From positions 3,712,001 to 3,776,000 of the forward strand of contig OY820579.1 in assembly GCA_963681965.1 (NCBI GenBank): a stretch of DNA of 64,000 nucleotides, given 5' to 3'. A model generated the notes under the pieces. It saw only the letters and a program-made list of their open reading frames with translations. It was not told where the DNA came from and did no database searches. Of the stretch, positions 52,168 to 61,934 are shown one piece after another. Position 1 is the stretch's first letter, and every line of letters starts with the position of its first letter. The position numbers and the translations under genes were made by a program. This DNA comes from a bacterium. Lineage in GTDB: Bacteria > Electryoneota > JAOADG01.

Positions 52168-53208
52168 ATGGTTGATCAAAGCGGCGCATTACACGTTCAT
52201 ACGACATACTCCGACGGGACTGGCACCTGGAACGAGTTGATGAAGTATGCACAGGAATCGCGTCTCGATTTTCTGATCACTCACGATCACAATTCACTCG
52301 AACCGATGCACCAGAAGCTTGACGGCTTCCACGGGAACTGTCTGGTCGTGGCACAAATGGAATTGAACGATCCCGACGACCGGAATCATTACCTCACACT
52401 CGATGTCAATCAGGATATTCCCCCCAATCTTCCGGCTGCCGACAATGTCCGACTGGTCCGTGAACAGGGCGGTTTCGGCATCATTGCCCACCCGCACGAG
52501 CATCGCCACGAATTGAAGTATCCGGCATATCCGTGGGATTGTTGGAATGAAAAATTCGATGGGATGGAACTCTGGAATCAACTCTCGTCGTGGAAAGAAG
52601 CGCTCTCGCGCTGGAATCGACCGTGGCGTTTTATCAAACCGAATATGACACTGACGTTGCCGCCGCAGGAAACGCTCGACAAGTGGGATGAAGTGAATTT
52701 AGAGCGGGACGTGATTGGTGTGTTCGGGATCGATGCCCACGCGTTGAAATATCGCACGCTTATGGGTCTTTGTACCGTAACGATTTTCCCATATAAAGTG
52801 CATTTTAAATCGTTGCGTGTCACGGCGCTGGTTCCGTCTCCGCTGAAAAATTACCCGGTGGAGGAAGCACGGCGCATTCTGATCGATGCGTTCCGTGCCG
52901 GACGATTGCACTGCATCAATCATCGCCTCGGCGACGGTATCGGCTTCCGGTTCTGGGCGGAACATGGTCAGCACGATGTGCTCTGGCCCGGTGCATCGGT
53001 CAAATTCGAACCGGGTTGGACGCTGCTCACCAAATCGCCCGACCGCTGCAAACTGCGATTGATCCGGAATGGGGTCGTCGATCGCGAATTGTACGGACAC
53101 GAATTATCGCTCCCGATCGAAGAACCGGGTGTCTATCGCATCGAAGCTCACAAGAAAGAGCGCGGCTGGCTGTATACCAATCCGATCCGATTCCGTAAAC
53201 CGAAATAA
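52168..53208 (+). CDS. PHP-domain metallohydrolase (CehA/McbA-like)
   Basis: LHVHTTYSDG, DHN, AHP, ELWN, DAH, YRIEA...W.YTNPI. Confidence 0.85.
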   Translation: MVDQSGALHVHTTYSDGTGTWNELMKYAQESRLDFLITHDHNSLEPMHQKLDGFHGNCLVVAQMELNDPDDRNHYLTLDVNQDIPPNLPAADNVRLVREQGGFGIIAHPHEHRHELKYPAYPWDCWNEKFDGMELWNQLSSWKEALSRWNRPWRFIKPNMTLTLPPQETLDKWDEVNLERDVIGVFGIDAHALKYRTLMGLCTVTIFPYKVHFKSLRVTALVPSPLKNYPVEEARRILIDAFRAGRLHCINHRLGDGIGFRFWAEHGQHDVLWPGASVKFEPGWTLLTKSPDRCKLRLIRNGVVDRELYGHELSLPIEEPGVYRIEAHKKERGWLYTNPIRFRKPK

Positions 53209-53229
53209 TTCACACCAGCAACCATTTAA

Positions 53230-53368
53230 GTAGGGGCGGTTCCCTGCTGCCTCCCGTTTATTTTCATTCATCCTGTATCTTGAAGTAGGGGCGGATCCCC
53301 GCATCCGCCCGATCTTTTTGTTTCTTTACATCTTTCCCCCACTCCCATCTCCTATCACCCAACACCCA
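53230..53368. repeat. Two REP-like hairpins plus a 5x7 element
   Basis: GTAGGGGCGGATCCCCGCATCCGCCC at 53285; heptamers at 53334-53368. Confidence 0.8.
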
Positions 53369-53541
53369 TCTTTTTACTCACATAAGCGGCACGCCGAATC
53401 GGACTTCGACAATGCTATCTTTTACCAAGCACCCACTATATTCTTTCCAATTCAAATCCAACGCTACCATTCCAAAACCGAAATCGATATATTATCCTTT
53501 AATCATCCTATACTGTCTCACTTTTTTGTTGGGTACCAATT

Positions 53542-54765
53542 ATGTTGCGCATCCTGACCAATCTCGGACGAACTGTCACTCCCTCCGGAAAATATCCCTT
53601 CGCTTGGATCGAACACTCCGGCGGTGAACTTGCCATGCGCGACGGTCGAATCGTCGCTGTGCCGTGGGGCGAATTGGCGATACCGTTACCGGGCGAAGAG
53701 ACTTTCGTCCATGACTGTAGCGGACAACTGCTGTTGCCCGGTTTCGTCGATAGCCATACCCATTTGGTGTATGGCGGGAATCGCGCTCATGAATTCGCGA
53801 GACGCTGTGCCGGCGAAACCTACCGCGAGATCGCTGCCAGTGGCGGTGGTATTCGTTACACTGTCCGCCAGACGCGTAGTGCCGACCTTGACGTCCTAAC
53901 CGACGGTATCGAACAACGACTTCAACAGGCGCTTACAGCCGGTACGACCACGATTGAAATCAAAGCATCCTACGGTTTGCAACTGAATGCCGATTTAAAG
54001 CAACTGGAAGCGATCCGCAACGCCGCCGAAAGCTATCCCGGACGGGTTGTCGCTACCTGTCTCTCCGCTCATGAAATTCCCGATGAATATCTCGACAAAC
54101 GCGAAGCATACATCGATGCGCTCTGCAACGACATTCTCCCTGCCGTGCGCGAGCAGGGGATCGCGACACGTGCCGATATCTATTGCGAAGACAATGTCTT
54201 TTCGGTACCGGAGGCGCGCCGGATTTTGAATCTCGCTAAAGAACTCGGATTCGAATTGACGATGCATGTCGATCAATGGACGAATTTGGGCGGAGCTGCG
54301 CTCGCAGCCGAACTCGGCGTGCAAAGTGCCGATCATCTCGAAGCGACCGGTCCGGAAGGATTAGTAGCACTAGCAGCAGCAGGTGTTGTCGGTACGTTGC
54401 TGCCGGGATCGGTTTGGTTTGCCAATGCGACGCACTATCCCAATGCCGAATTGATGAAAGCGGCAGGCATTCCTTTGGCGCTGGCATCGGATCACAATCC
54501 CGGCAGTGCGATGACACTGGAAATGCCGCTCGTCCTGACACTCGCGGGATTGGGTTGTAAACTCGTCGGTCGCGATGCACTTACCGCAGCCACGCTCGGT
54601 GGTGCGATGGCACTCGGTTTGGCAGACGATATCGGTTCGATCGAATTGGGAAAACGTGCCGATCTCACGCTCTGGCAACTGCTGCATGAAGATGAAATTG
54701 CCTATCGTGCTGGTGGTGTCCGACCGACGTCTGTAATCGTGAATGGCGAAATTGTAGGGAAATAG
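53542..54765 (+). CDS. hutI: Imidazolonepropionase
   Basis: PGFVDSHTHLV..GNR..EF, GGGI..TV..TR, GTTTIEIK..YG, SADHLE, ASDHNPGS. Confidence 0.93.
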   Translation: MLRILTNLGRTVTPSGKYPFAWIEHSGGELAMRDGRIVAVPWGELAIPLPGEETFVHDCSGQLLLPGFVDSHTHLVYGGNRAHEFARRCAGETYREIAASGGGIRYTVRQTRSADLDVLTDGIEQRLQQALTAGTTTIEIKASYGLQLNADLKQLEAIRNAAESYPGRVVATCLSAHEIPDEYLDKREAYIDALCNDILPAVREQGIATRADIYCEDNVFSVPEARRILNLAKELGFELTMHVDQWTNLGGAALAAELGVQSADHLEATGPEGLVALAAAGVVGTLLPGSVWFANATHYPNAELMKAAGIPLALASDHNPGSAMTLEMPLVLTLAGLGCKLVGRDALTAATLGGAMALGLADDIGSIELGKRADLTLWQLLHEDEIAYRAGGVRPTSVIVNGEIVGK

Positions 54766-55180
54766 TCATTAGTGAATGGAAATTGGAAAATAGTGCTTGG
54801 GAGATAGTAGGTAGTGAATAGTGGCTGGCGAATAGTCATGGTGAATGGTAGTTGGTAGTTGGTTGTTGGTTGTTGGTAGCGGCGGACTTTAGTCCGCTTT
54901 TACTTCATTTTCTTATTCTGTGTAGCCGCAGGCTTCAGCCTGCGTTATATTTATTTTATCCTTTATCCTTTATCCTTCAGCAGGGGCGGGTCCCCGCGCC
55001 CGCCCGATCTTATATCTTTTCATCTTTTCCCAATCCCCGCCACCTATCCCCTATCACCAATTTTTATACGTATGGCATTCACCCTGAGTGACAGACAGCG
55101 CCTGACATCGAGCATCCGATTAAATTGTGATTTTTTCATGAACGATATAAAAAAAACGCAGGCTAAAGCCTAACCTCCGA
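54763..55180. repeat. 17-unit TRG heptamer tract from the hutI stop, followed by a REP-like cluster and a 5x7 element
   Basis: tagtcat tagtgaa tggaaat ... tggttgt tggtagc running in phase into GTAGCGGCGGACTTTAGTCCGC. Confidence 0.85.
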
Positions 55181-55316
55181 CCATAACCCACGCACTACAT
55201 TGATACACAATACTATATAATTATATGTAATAGTGTAATATTGCTCACATCTCTTTCTTTATCGATACTATCGATTATCAATACGATCTCGTATCACTAG
55301 GAAAGAGGAGTATGTC

Positions 55317-55553
55317 ATGTATACGAAAAATGTGGGTAATCTGGATCGCTTCATTCGATTCCTGATTGCCAGCGGTTTGATCATCTGGGGCATTCAAGCA
55401 GTGAGTTATTTTTGGGTCGTGATAGGTATCTATTTCATCGTCACCGCGCTCACCGGAAAATGCCTGCTATATTCCGCCGCGGGCGTAAGTACCATTCCGA
55501 TTCTGAGCGAACGGAAACACGAAGATATCCGCTATCACCGCGATAACAGATAA
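55317..55553 (+). CDS. DUF2892 (YgaP-like) small membrane protein
   Basis: GAGGAG RBS; KNVGNLDR.IR...G.C.LY...G.ST. Confidence 0.88.
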   Translation: MYTKNVGNLDRFIRFLIASGLIIWGIQAVSYFWVVIGIYFIVTALTGKCLLYSAAGVSTIPILSERKHEDIRYHRDNR

Positions 55554-55597
55554 TGCTCTGTCGAATGCGTATTTATCAATGTTCGTAAAGCAAAAAA

Positions 55598-55878
55598 CGC
55601 AGGCTGAAGCTAAATATATTATTTAAGATCTATGGTAGGGGCAACGCCGCCCCCGCTGGGGGTTCGCGAACCGCCCGTGTCCGACAAATTCGTAGAATTA
55701 CCACTAGATACACGATTTCGAATACAAGAAAATTCTCGCCACAGTATTTCAATTCGCTACTATCTTAGAGTTACGGGCGGTTCGCGAACCGCCCCTACCA
55801 AAGATATAAAAAAAATCCAATAAGCTGCAATTTCGAAAAAACGATAGATTGCCACAGACCCTTCGGGTCTTCGCAATG
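55598..55878. repeat. REP-like cluster with an inverted GGCGGTTCGCGAACCGCC pair and the left part of the IS target element
   Basis: 55634 (+), 55775 (-), GATTGCCAC...CTTCGCAATG. Confidence 0.8.
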
Positions 55879-56941
55879 GGCATAAACGCAAAAATGTGTG
55901 CTGGGATCGCTACTTAGGTGTCATTTGAAAGTACCATTTGAAGTAATTGAATCGTTTCTGTTCTTTGAGTCCGCGGTGGTTCCGATACTTCGCTTTCAAT
56001 CGCGAAAAGTATCCTTCCAACGCATTGGTTGACGTTGGTATGGTTGGTTCGTCGAGATAATGGAACATATCCGGGATCGCCTTTAACAGCATACTTCTGG
56101 CACATTTCAGGTCGCTTGCGATCCAACCGCCAGTCGGTGCCGCGACCGCTTTGCCATAGCGCTTTTCCCATTGTTGTGTTTTTTTTATAAAGCTGTCGCG
56201 TTTGGCTTTAGTATCGATCTCAACGACCGTCGTAAACAGTTCCGCTAGTTTCCTGGCATCGGTTCTTTTAGGATTGCGACGACACCACCGTAATCCCTGA
56301 CGTTGGATGTGTACAAGGCAACGCTGCACCTTGATCTGCGGCCATAATTCGCGCAGAATCCGTATTACATGCGGGTTTCCGTCGACAGTGCAACTGATCG
56401 GGTTCAGGCCGCGTGCGATAAGAGGTTGCAAGAAGCGTCGAACCTGGTCGGCAACGTTTTCTTTTACATTGTAAGAACCGTCGACGATCGTCGTCGACGC
56501 GCCATCCATCAAAGCGACGATCGATGCGCTCCGTGTCAGAAACGTCCCGTCGATCAATAGATGACGGTGATGCGAAAGCGAACCGAAATCGTCCGGCGGT
56601 GGCTCCGACAGCCTTTGTTGGATCGTGTTCCATAACGAGCGTGGACTGCAGCCGCTTTGGCAGCAGAGTTGACGGATCGAATATCCTTCGGCGATCCAAA
56701 GCTGAAACCAGTCGGGAGATCGACGCTCATGGCGGAATGAATGCCGACAAGTACGACAAAACCAGCGTTGACGACCGTTACTGTAATGACCGTTTTTTTA
56801 GATCCGTGCAGAGGCAAATTGGACAATGTCGAAGAGCCATGAAAGTGCACCTAAGTGATTTACGTTAGCAAATGGTTCTTATAATAGCAAAGAAAATCTT
56901 GAGTTACTAGCGATCTCAGCACACATTTTTGCGTTTATGCC
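55879..56941 (-). mobile_element. Complete 1063-bp insertion sequence, IS256/Mutator superfamily, Zn-ribbon type
   Basis: 34-bp terminal inverted repeats with one mismatch (55879-55912, 56908-56941); 7-bp direct repeat CGCAATG at 55872-55878 and 56942-56948. Confidence 0.92.
55910..56840 (-). CDS. Transposase (~309 aa) needing a +1/-2 frame change at the A7 run (56793-56799)
   Basis: CPIC / KNG...GRQRWFCRTC Zn ribbon split by the run; LIDG, VDG, QRCLVH, TNALEG catalytic motifs. Confidence 0.85.
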
Positions 56942-56973
56942 CGCAATGACAGATAAGAAAAATATAAAAAAGA

Positions 56974-58572
56974 TTACAAATTTCTGCGGAAGCGGGCGAG
57001 TGGTAGATTTAACTGTTCGCGGTATTTCTGAACGGTGCGGCGCGCCAGCTTGAAACCGAGGTCGTTCAATTTGTCGCACAGCGCCTGATCGGTGAGCGGA
57101 TGCTGTTTGTCTTCATTCTCAATCAGCTCCGCCAACTTCTGCTTAATCTCACGCGTCGATACATCCTCACCGCTATCGGTTTCCAACCCGACCGAGAAGA
57201 AATGTTTCAATGAGAATGTTCCGAAATCGGTCTCGACATATTTATCTTTAATCGCGCGCGATACCGTAGAATTATCGCATTCGGCATTCCGCGCCACTTC
57301 TAGCTGCGTCAGCGGATAGAGATCCTCGCCCGACAGAAAGAACCGGTGCTGTATTCGGACAATCCATTCCATCACATCGAGCATCGTTTTGTGCCGACTC
57401 TGAACCGCTTTGACAAAGTTGCGCGCCGCTTCGAATTTCTGTTCAATCCACTGTTTCGACGCACTATCAAGATTTTTTTCCTGAAACATCGAGCGATAGC
57501 GTTTACTGATTCGCAGATCGGGAATGACACCGTCATTCAGATAGATAAAATAGCGACGCCCATTGGCTAATTCGACAATTCGTCCGGGTGGTGCGGAATC
57601 GAGTTGCTGCGCAGTCACGCGCAATTCCGGAACGACATATTCGCGCTCTTCGCGACCGACACCTGGCGTCTGCTGCAAATTCTGAATCGCTTTGAATGCC
57701 GCCTTGAATTCGTCTTCACTCATTCCGGTTGCATCGAGAATCGTTTCGAAACGACGGCGCGACAGCGGCTCGAAATATTTCTCAATCAACATCAGCGCGC
57801 GATCGTAAACAGCGTAATGCGGCGATCGCTCGTCGATATCGGATAGTTTTCGCTTGAGTTGCAGGATCAGCGATTCGCGCAGTGATCGTGCGAAAATGCC
57901 GGGTGGATCGAATTGCTGCAACTGCGTCAATACAAATTCCACCTGATCGATTTCGGCATCCATTTTGTTCGCGATGTAGTGCACGATATCGGTATCGAGA
58001 TAGCCGGAAGCATTCAGCGATCCAATAATCATCTCGCCGATTTCCCGCTGCTCCTCCGTCATCGTCGTCGCCATCGCCAACTGCTCGTTGATCGAATCGA
58101 GAAAATTGCTCTCGCTGCGATATTCATTCGACTGTTCGTTTTCACTTTCGTGATCGATGATTGACGGGAGACGACCGCCGACATAATCCTCGTCGCGGAA
58201 ATATTGATCCCAGTCCATCTCTTTCTGGCGTTCGAGACTATTCGGCGAGGTATCGCCGATTTCATGATCCGGTTCCGACGGTAAGTCGCCATTCATCTTC
58301 GCTTCGACGACCGGTGCCGCTTCCTGAATATCGGGATCGGCTTCCGGAACATCCGGCAGACCGACCAATTTCTCGTCGTAGGTGTCGTCGTCGCTTCGGA
58401 CTTCAGTCGGATCGACCAGCTCTAGCAATGGATTTTGATCCAACTCCACTTCCACCCGTTGCATCAATTCGAGCAGCGGTACTTGCAACAATTCGGCACG
58501 CAATATTTGCTGCTGCGTGATCTTTTGCTGCAGTTCCAGTCTTGGTGAAAGTGATAGTTGATTCGATAGCAT
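56974..58572 (-). CDS. rpoN: RNA polymerase sigma-54 factor
   Basis: Gln/Leu-rich region I, NPLLE, FDPPGIFARSLRE, STVSRA, RpoN box ARRTVQKYRE. Confidence 0.96.
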   Translation of the reverse strand: MLSNQLSLSPRLELQQKITQQQILRAELLQVPLLELMQRVEVELDQNPLLELVDPTEVRSDDDTYDEKLVGLPDVPEADPDIQEAAPVVEAKMNGDLPSEPDHEIGDTSPNSLERQKEMDWDQYFRDEDYVGGRLPSIIDHESENEQSNEYRSESNFLDSINEQLAMATTMTEEQREIGEMIIGSLNASGYLDTDIVHYIANKMDAEIDQVEFVLTQLQQFDPPGIFARSLRESLILQLKRKLSDIDERSPHYAVYDRALMLIEKYFEPLSRRRFETILDATGMSEDEFKAAFKAIQNLQQTPGVGREEREYVVPELRVTAQQLDSAPPGRIVELANGRRYFIYLNDGVIPDLRISKRYRSMFQEKNLDSASKQWIEQKFEAARNFVKAVQSRHKTMLDVMEWIVRIQHRFFLSGEDLYPLTQLEVARNAECDNSTVSRAIKDKYVETDFGTFSLKHFFSVGLETDSGEDVSTREIKQKLAELIENEDKQHPLTDQALCDKLNDLGFKLARRTVQKYREQLNLPLARFRRNL

Positions 58573-58586
58573 TACTTATTTTTTCC

Positions 58587-58612
58587 GGAGGTCGGACACT
58601 CCTGTCCGACTC
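58587..58612 (+). repeat. GGAG-type REP-like hairpin between lptB and rpoN
   Basis: GGAGGTCGGACACTCCTGTCCGAC; same family at 42567 and 42616. Confidence 0.75.
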
Positions 58613-58694
58613 AATTTCTTTTTCGATGATGGATCAAAATTTCCATCCGCCAATCGCAATAAATCGCAAATAAATATTCACGTCGATAAAAGCA

Positions 58695-59429
58695 TCAATC
58701 CGCTTTTTCGAGTTTGAATTTCTCGCCTAGATACAATTTGCGCGCTTCGGGATTGTCCGCCAGTTCCTGTGTCGTTCCCGAAAGTAGAATACTGCCGGTG
58801 TAAAGCAGGTAGACCCGGTCGCAAATCGCCATCGTCTCGCGCACATTATGATCGGTGATTAAAACTCCGATTCCACGATGCTTCAGGTCGCGCACGATTG
58901 TCTGAATATCCTGCACTGCAATCGGATCGATCCCGGCAAACGGTTCGTCCAGCAGCAGAAATTTCGGATCGGTGGTCAGTGCGCGCGCGATTTCGGTACG
59001 CCGTCGTTCGCCGCCCGACAAGGTATACGCTTTCGAATGCTCGACTTTGCGTAATCCGAATTCATCGAGCAATCCATCGCATTTCGCGACCCGTTCCGCT
59101 TTATTCAATTTCAATGTTTCGAGAATTGCCATCAGATTGTTGCGTACGGTCAGCTTGCGGAACACCGACGGTTCCTGCGACAGATAACCAATGCCAAGTC
59201 GCGCCCGCTTGTACATCGGATAACCGGTGGCATCGGTCTCGCCGATAAATATTTTACCGCCATCCGGTTTGATCATCCCGACAGTCATATAGAAACTGGT
59301 GGTTTTACCAGCGCCATTCGGACCGAGCAATCCGACAATTTCGCCCTGCGTCATTTCGAACGATACATCGTTCACGACGGTGCGTTTACCGTACTGCTTC
59401 ATCAAATGTTCTGCGCGTAGTGTGAGCAT
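58695..59429 (-). CDS. lptB: LPS export ABC transporter ATPase
   Basis: [41 protein letters not shown]; upstream of rpoN. Confidence 0.96.
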   Translation of the reverse strand: MLTLRAEHLMKQYGKRTVVNDVSFEMTQGEIVGLLGPNGAGKTTSFYMTVGMIKPDGGKIFIGETDATGYPMYKRARLGIGYLSQEPSVFRKLTVRNNLMAILETLKLNKAERVAKCDGLLDEFGLRKVEHSKAYTLSGGERRRTEIARALTTDPKFLLLDEPFAGIDPIAVQDIQTIVRDLKHRGIGVLITDHNVRETMAICDRVYLLYTGSILLSGTTQELADNPEARKLYLGEKFKLEKAD

Positions 59430-59438
59430 AGTACCCGT

Positions 59439-60584
59439 CTATTCTATCGGTTTATTCCACCCTTCCGGGTAATAGGTGCCTTCGATACCGCCGATCACCG
59501 TGATCTTGCGGATCTCCTTGCGCTGAAAAACAATTCGGAGCGTATCGCCCGAGGCGACATTGGCACCGCTGTTTTTCCCTTTTTCGTAGATATAATATTT
59601 CGACTTCGCATTTCCGGACACGACGATACTGTCGATCACCCCCTTGGTAAAATACGAGTGGAGTTGTTGTCCGGTCATGTGGTTCAGAGGCGCCGTCGGG
59701 GTCGAATCCGCCGGTGTGATCGCATCGACATCCTTGAATGCGATCATGTCGTCAAGTTGCTGATTCTTGAATAGGAATCGCATACTGTCCGCTTTCATCT
59801 CTTCCTTGCCGCGCAACAATTTCGGCGATTTCGTCAGCGTCGCAAATCCGGTCGAATCGTTGAACAGCAGATACCCGCCGGTAGCGCGAAAGGTGTCTTG
59901 CACAATCACGACATTCCCTTCGGTCTTCGCCACCCGGAACGAATCGTTCATCCACATCCGGTTGCCCGTGATGGTGATCGGATTTTTTTTCAGCGAATCG
60001 AGTTTCACCAATTTCGGATTGATCGTGACATCGGCTTCGCGATTCACTTCGTCGTATGTTGCCAGATCGCCGGTGATGGTCGTTCGTCCGGTTGAATCGG
60101 TGACGACCACTTCGCCGCGATAGGTTGCAAAACCGCTATCGTAATCGTAGTCGAGCCGCCGACAGCGAATTGTGCGGTTGTTGCGCTCTTTCACCACGAC
60201 ATTGCCGACTGCCTGTGCTACGCCGGAAACTTCGAAATAGGTTACTTCTTCGGCACAGAGCACCCGTGCGGAATCGACAATCACGACTTTTCCGCGGAGA
60301 TAGGCTTTCCGTTTCAGCGAATAGAATTCGGCATAATCGCAATTGATGTGAATGTCTTGCTGCGAAAAGCTGACACTGTCAATTAATATTCGGACCTGTT
60401 CGGAATCCTGTTCGACGTTGCGGAGGATCTTCGCTTTTTCCAGTTCCAGCGGACCCTTGCGCCCGCCGAATCCGGCGAATGCGGGAAGCGTAAGCAACAA
60501 CAGCAACACACCGCAGAGGATCCGGTTCAGGTGCCCGACTTTCGTCAAGCAGTGGTTGGGGGTATTCATGGATGGGTGGTTCAT
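59439..60584 (-). CDS. LptA/OstA-like beta-jellyroll protein (start uncertain, 60584 or 60569)
   Basis: Signal-like hydrophobic stretch, repeated GNV/GxV beta motifs, position between lptC and lptB. Confidence 0.8.
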   Translation of the reverse strand: MNHPSMNTPNHCLTKVGHLNRILCGVLLLLLTLPAFAGFGGRKGPLELEKAKILRNVEQDSEQVRILIDSVSFSQQDIHINCDYAEFYSLKRKAYLRGKVVIVDSARVLCAEEVTYFEVSGVAQAVGNVVVKERNNRTIRCRRLDYDYDSGFATYRGEVVVTDSTGRTTITGDLATYDEVNREADVTINPKLVKLDSLKKNPITITGNRMWMNDSFRVAKTEGNVVIVQDTFRATGGYLLFNDSTGFATLTKSPKLLRGKEEMKADSMRFLFKNQQLDDMIAFKDVDAITPADSTPTAPLNHMTGQQLHSYFTKGVIDSIVVSGNAKSKYYIYEKGKNSGANVASGDTLRIVFQRKEIRKITVIGGIEGTYYPEGWNKPIE

Positions 60585-61168
60585 GGTGTTTTGACGCGAC
60601 GGTCGTTGCGCGGTTTCGGTTGTCGTTCCGGCATGGCGCGGTAACTGCGACCGAGCGGTTCTTTGATTTCCCAGAAGTGCAGCCCTTCATCGGCAACGAG
60701 ACCGACGCCGTACAGCGTATCCAATGCCGTCGAGATCCTAACCGAATCGGGGGTATTGATTTGGCGCGTTGTCGGGTTCCAATTCAAGGTCTTGGTGTCG
60801 AGACCGGCTTTCGATTCGTCCGACCAGACATACACGTCGCCGATCGCGCGGAATGATTCACGAAGTTCATCGACGATGGCGCTCTTTGCCAGCATGAAAC
60901 CGCTGCGTTTGCCAAGGGTATCGAGGAAGATGAACCGGACCCCGCCACTCATGGTGAGTGCTTCGTTTTCACGCATCTGAATCACTTTCGACGCGCGGAC
61001 TTTACTCCGTTCCAATCCACCTTGCGAGAACGTGATATTGACGCCGTACATCTCCTGCTGCGGTACTTCGCGATATGCGGGAAGCGGCGCTTCGGTAGTG
61101 GAACTGCAGCCGGACAGCGACAGCAAACCGATCATTAACAATCCCAAAATCAGTGCTGCGGTTTTCAC
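60581..61168 (-). CDS. lptC: LPS export periplasmic protein LptC (lipoprotein type)
   Basis: Lipobox LSG-C, L.T..LNW, V.I.T..DTLYG.G; gene context. Confidence 0.85.
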   Translation of the reverse strand: MKTAALILGLLMIGLLSLSGCSSTTEAPLPAYREVPQQEMYGVNITFSQGGLERSKVRASKVIQMRENEALTMSGGVRFIFLDTLGKRSGFMLAKSAIVDELRESFRAIGDVYVWSDESKAGLDTKTLNWNPTTRQINTPDSVRISTALDTLYGVGLVADEGLHFWEIKEPLGRSYRAMPERQPKPRNDRRVKTP

Positions 61169-61773
61169 GAGGCGCGCTCCGGAGTGGTAAGATCGGTTCC
61201 GAGCCGGTCATTCAATATTGCGGGAAATTTTCCTTGCGCTGTCAGCACCGCTTCCACCGCTTCGCGCAAAACTCCTCGACCGCCCCGAGCGCGGGTGCAG
61301 GCAGTGGCGTGTTGCAGCACCAACGGGTCGGCATCGCTGGGTGCGACGGTGATTCCGGCAAGCGGAAAGACCGGCAGGTCGATGATATCGTCGCCAAGGT
61401 AGAGTGTTTCGGGGGGAGTAAATGCGCATTCGGACTGGAGTGCCAGCATCCCGTCGCGCTTCTGATTTATCGGCTTGCCGACGACATGGACGATCCCCAA
61501 TTCACGGGCGCGGCGCGCTACGACCGGTTTGAGTCGACCGGTGAGCACGGCAAGTTCCAGTCCGGTCTGTTGTGCCAACCAGACACCGACGCCGTCGCGG
61601 ACGGAGAACGCTTTGGTTTCGCCGGTTTCGCCATCGAGGATGATCGAACCGTCGGTCAGCACGCCGTCGACATCGGTAACGATCCAGCGAATTTTGCGCA
61701 ATTGCTGCTGGAATCGGGGGTCACCGATCCAAGGTGGGCGAGAATTGTCTGGTACTAGCAAATTTCGTTCCAT
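61165..61773 (-). CDS. kdsC: KDO-8-phosphate phosphatase (HAD family)
   Basis: DVDGVLTDG, F.VRDG.G, GDDIIDLP, GGRGVLRE. Confidence 0.92.
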   Translation of the reverse strand: MERNLLVPDNSRPPWIGDPRFQQQLRKIRWIVTDVDGVLTDGSIILDGETGETKAFSVRDGVGVWLAQQTGLELAVLTGRLKPVVARRARELGIVHVVGKPINQKRDGMLALQSECAFTPPETLYLGDDIIDLPVFPLAGITVAPSDADPLVLQHATACTRARGGRGVLREAVEAVLTAQGKFPAILNDRLGTDLTTPERAS

Positions 61774-61934
61774 TTGCTAAAGATAGCGTGGACAATGGGT
61801 GAGAGCAATAAAATCGCAGATCGATTGAAAGATGATCAGGAGGGAGATCCGGCTCGAGGAGGGGAAAGTTTATTCATGCAAGTAATGTAGCCGTAGGATT
61901 CTGATGATTTTATTTATCTAGACATCGGCTATCT

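Noticed and set aside
53542-54765. Orphan hutI as a novel pathway
   Set aside because: hut genes are often dispersed, and the rest of the genome is not visible.
56554-56850. Separate 98-aa InsA-like ORF and an IS1-type -1 frameshift
   Set aside because: That frame lacks the Zn-ribbon cysteines; the real continuation is in the +1 frame, and the QRCLVH motif points to IS256/Mutator.
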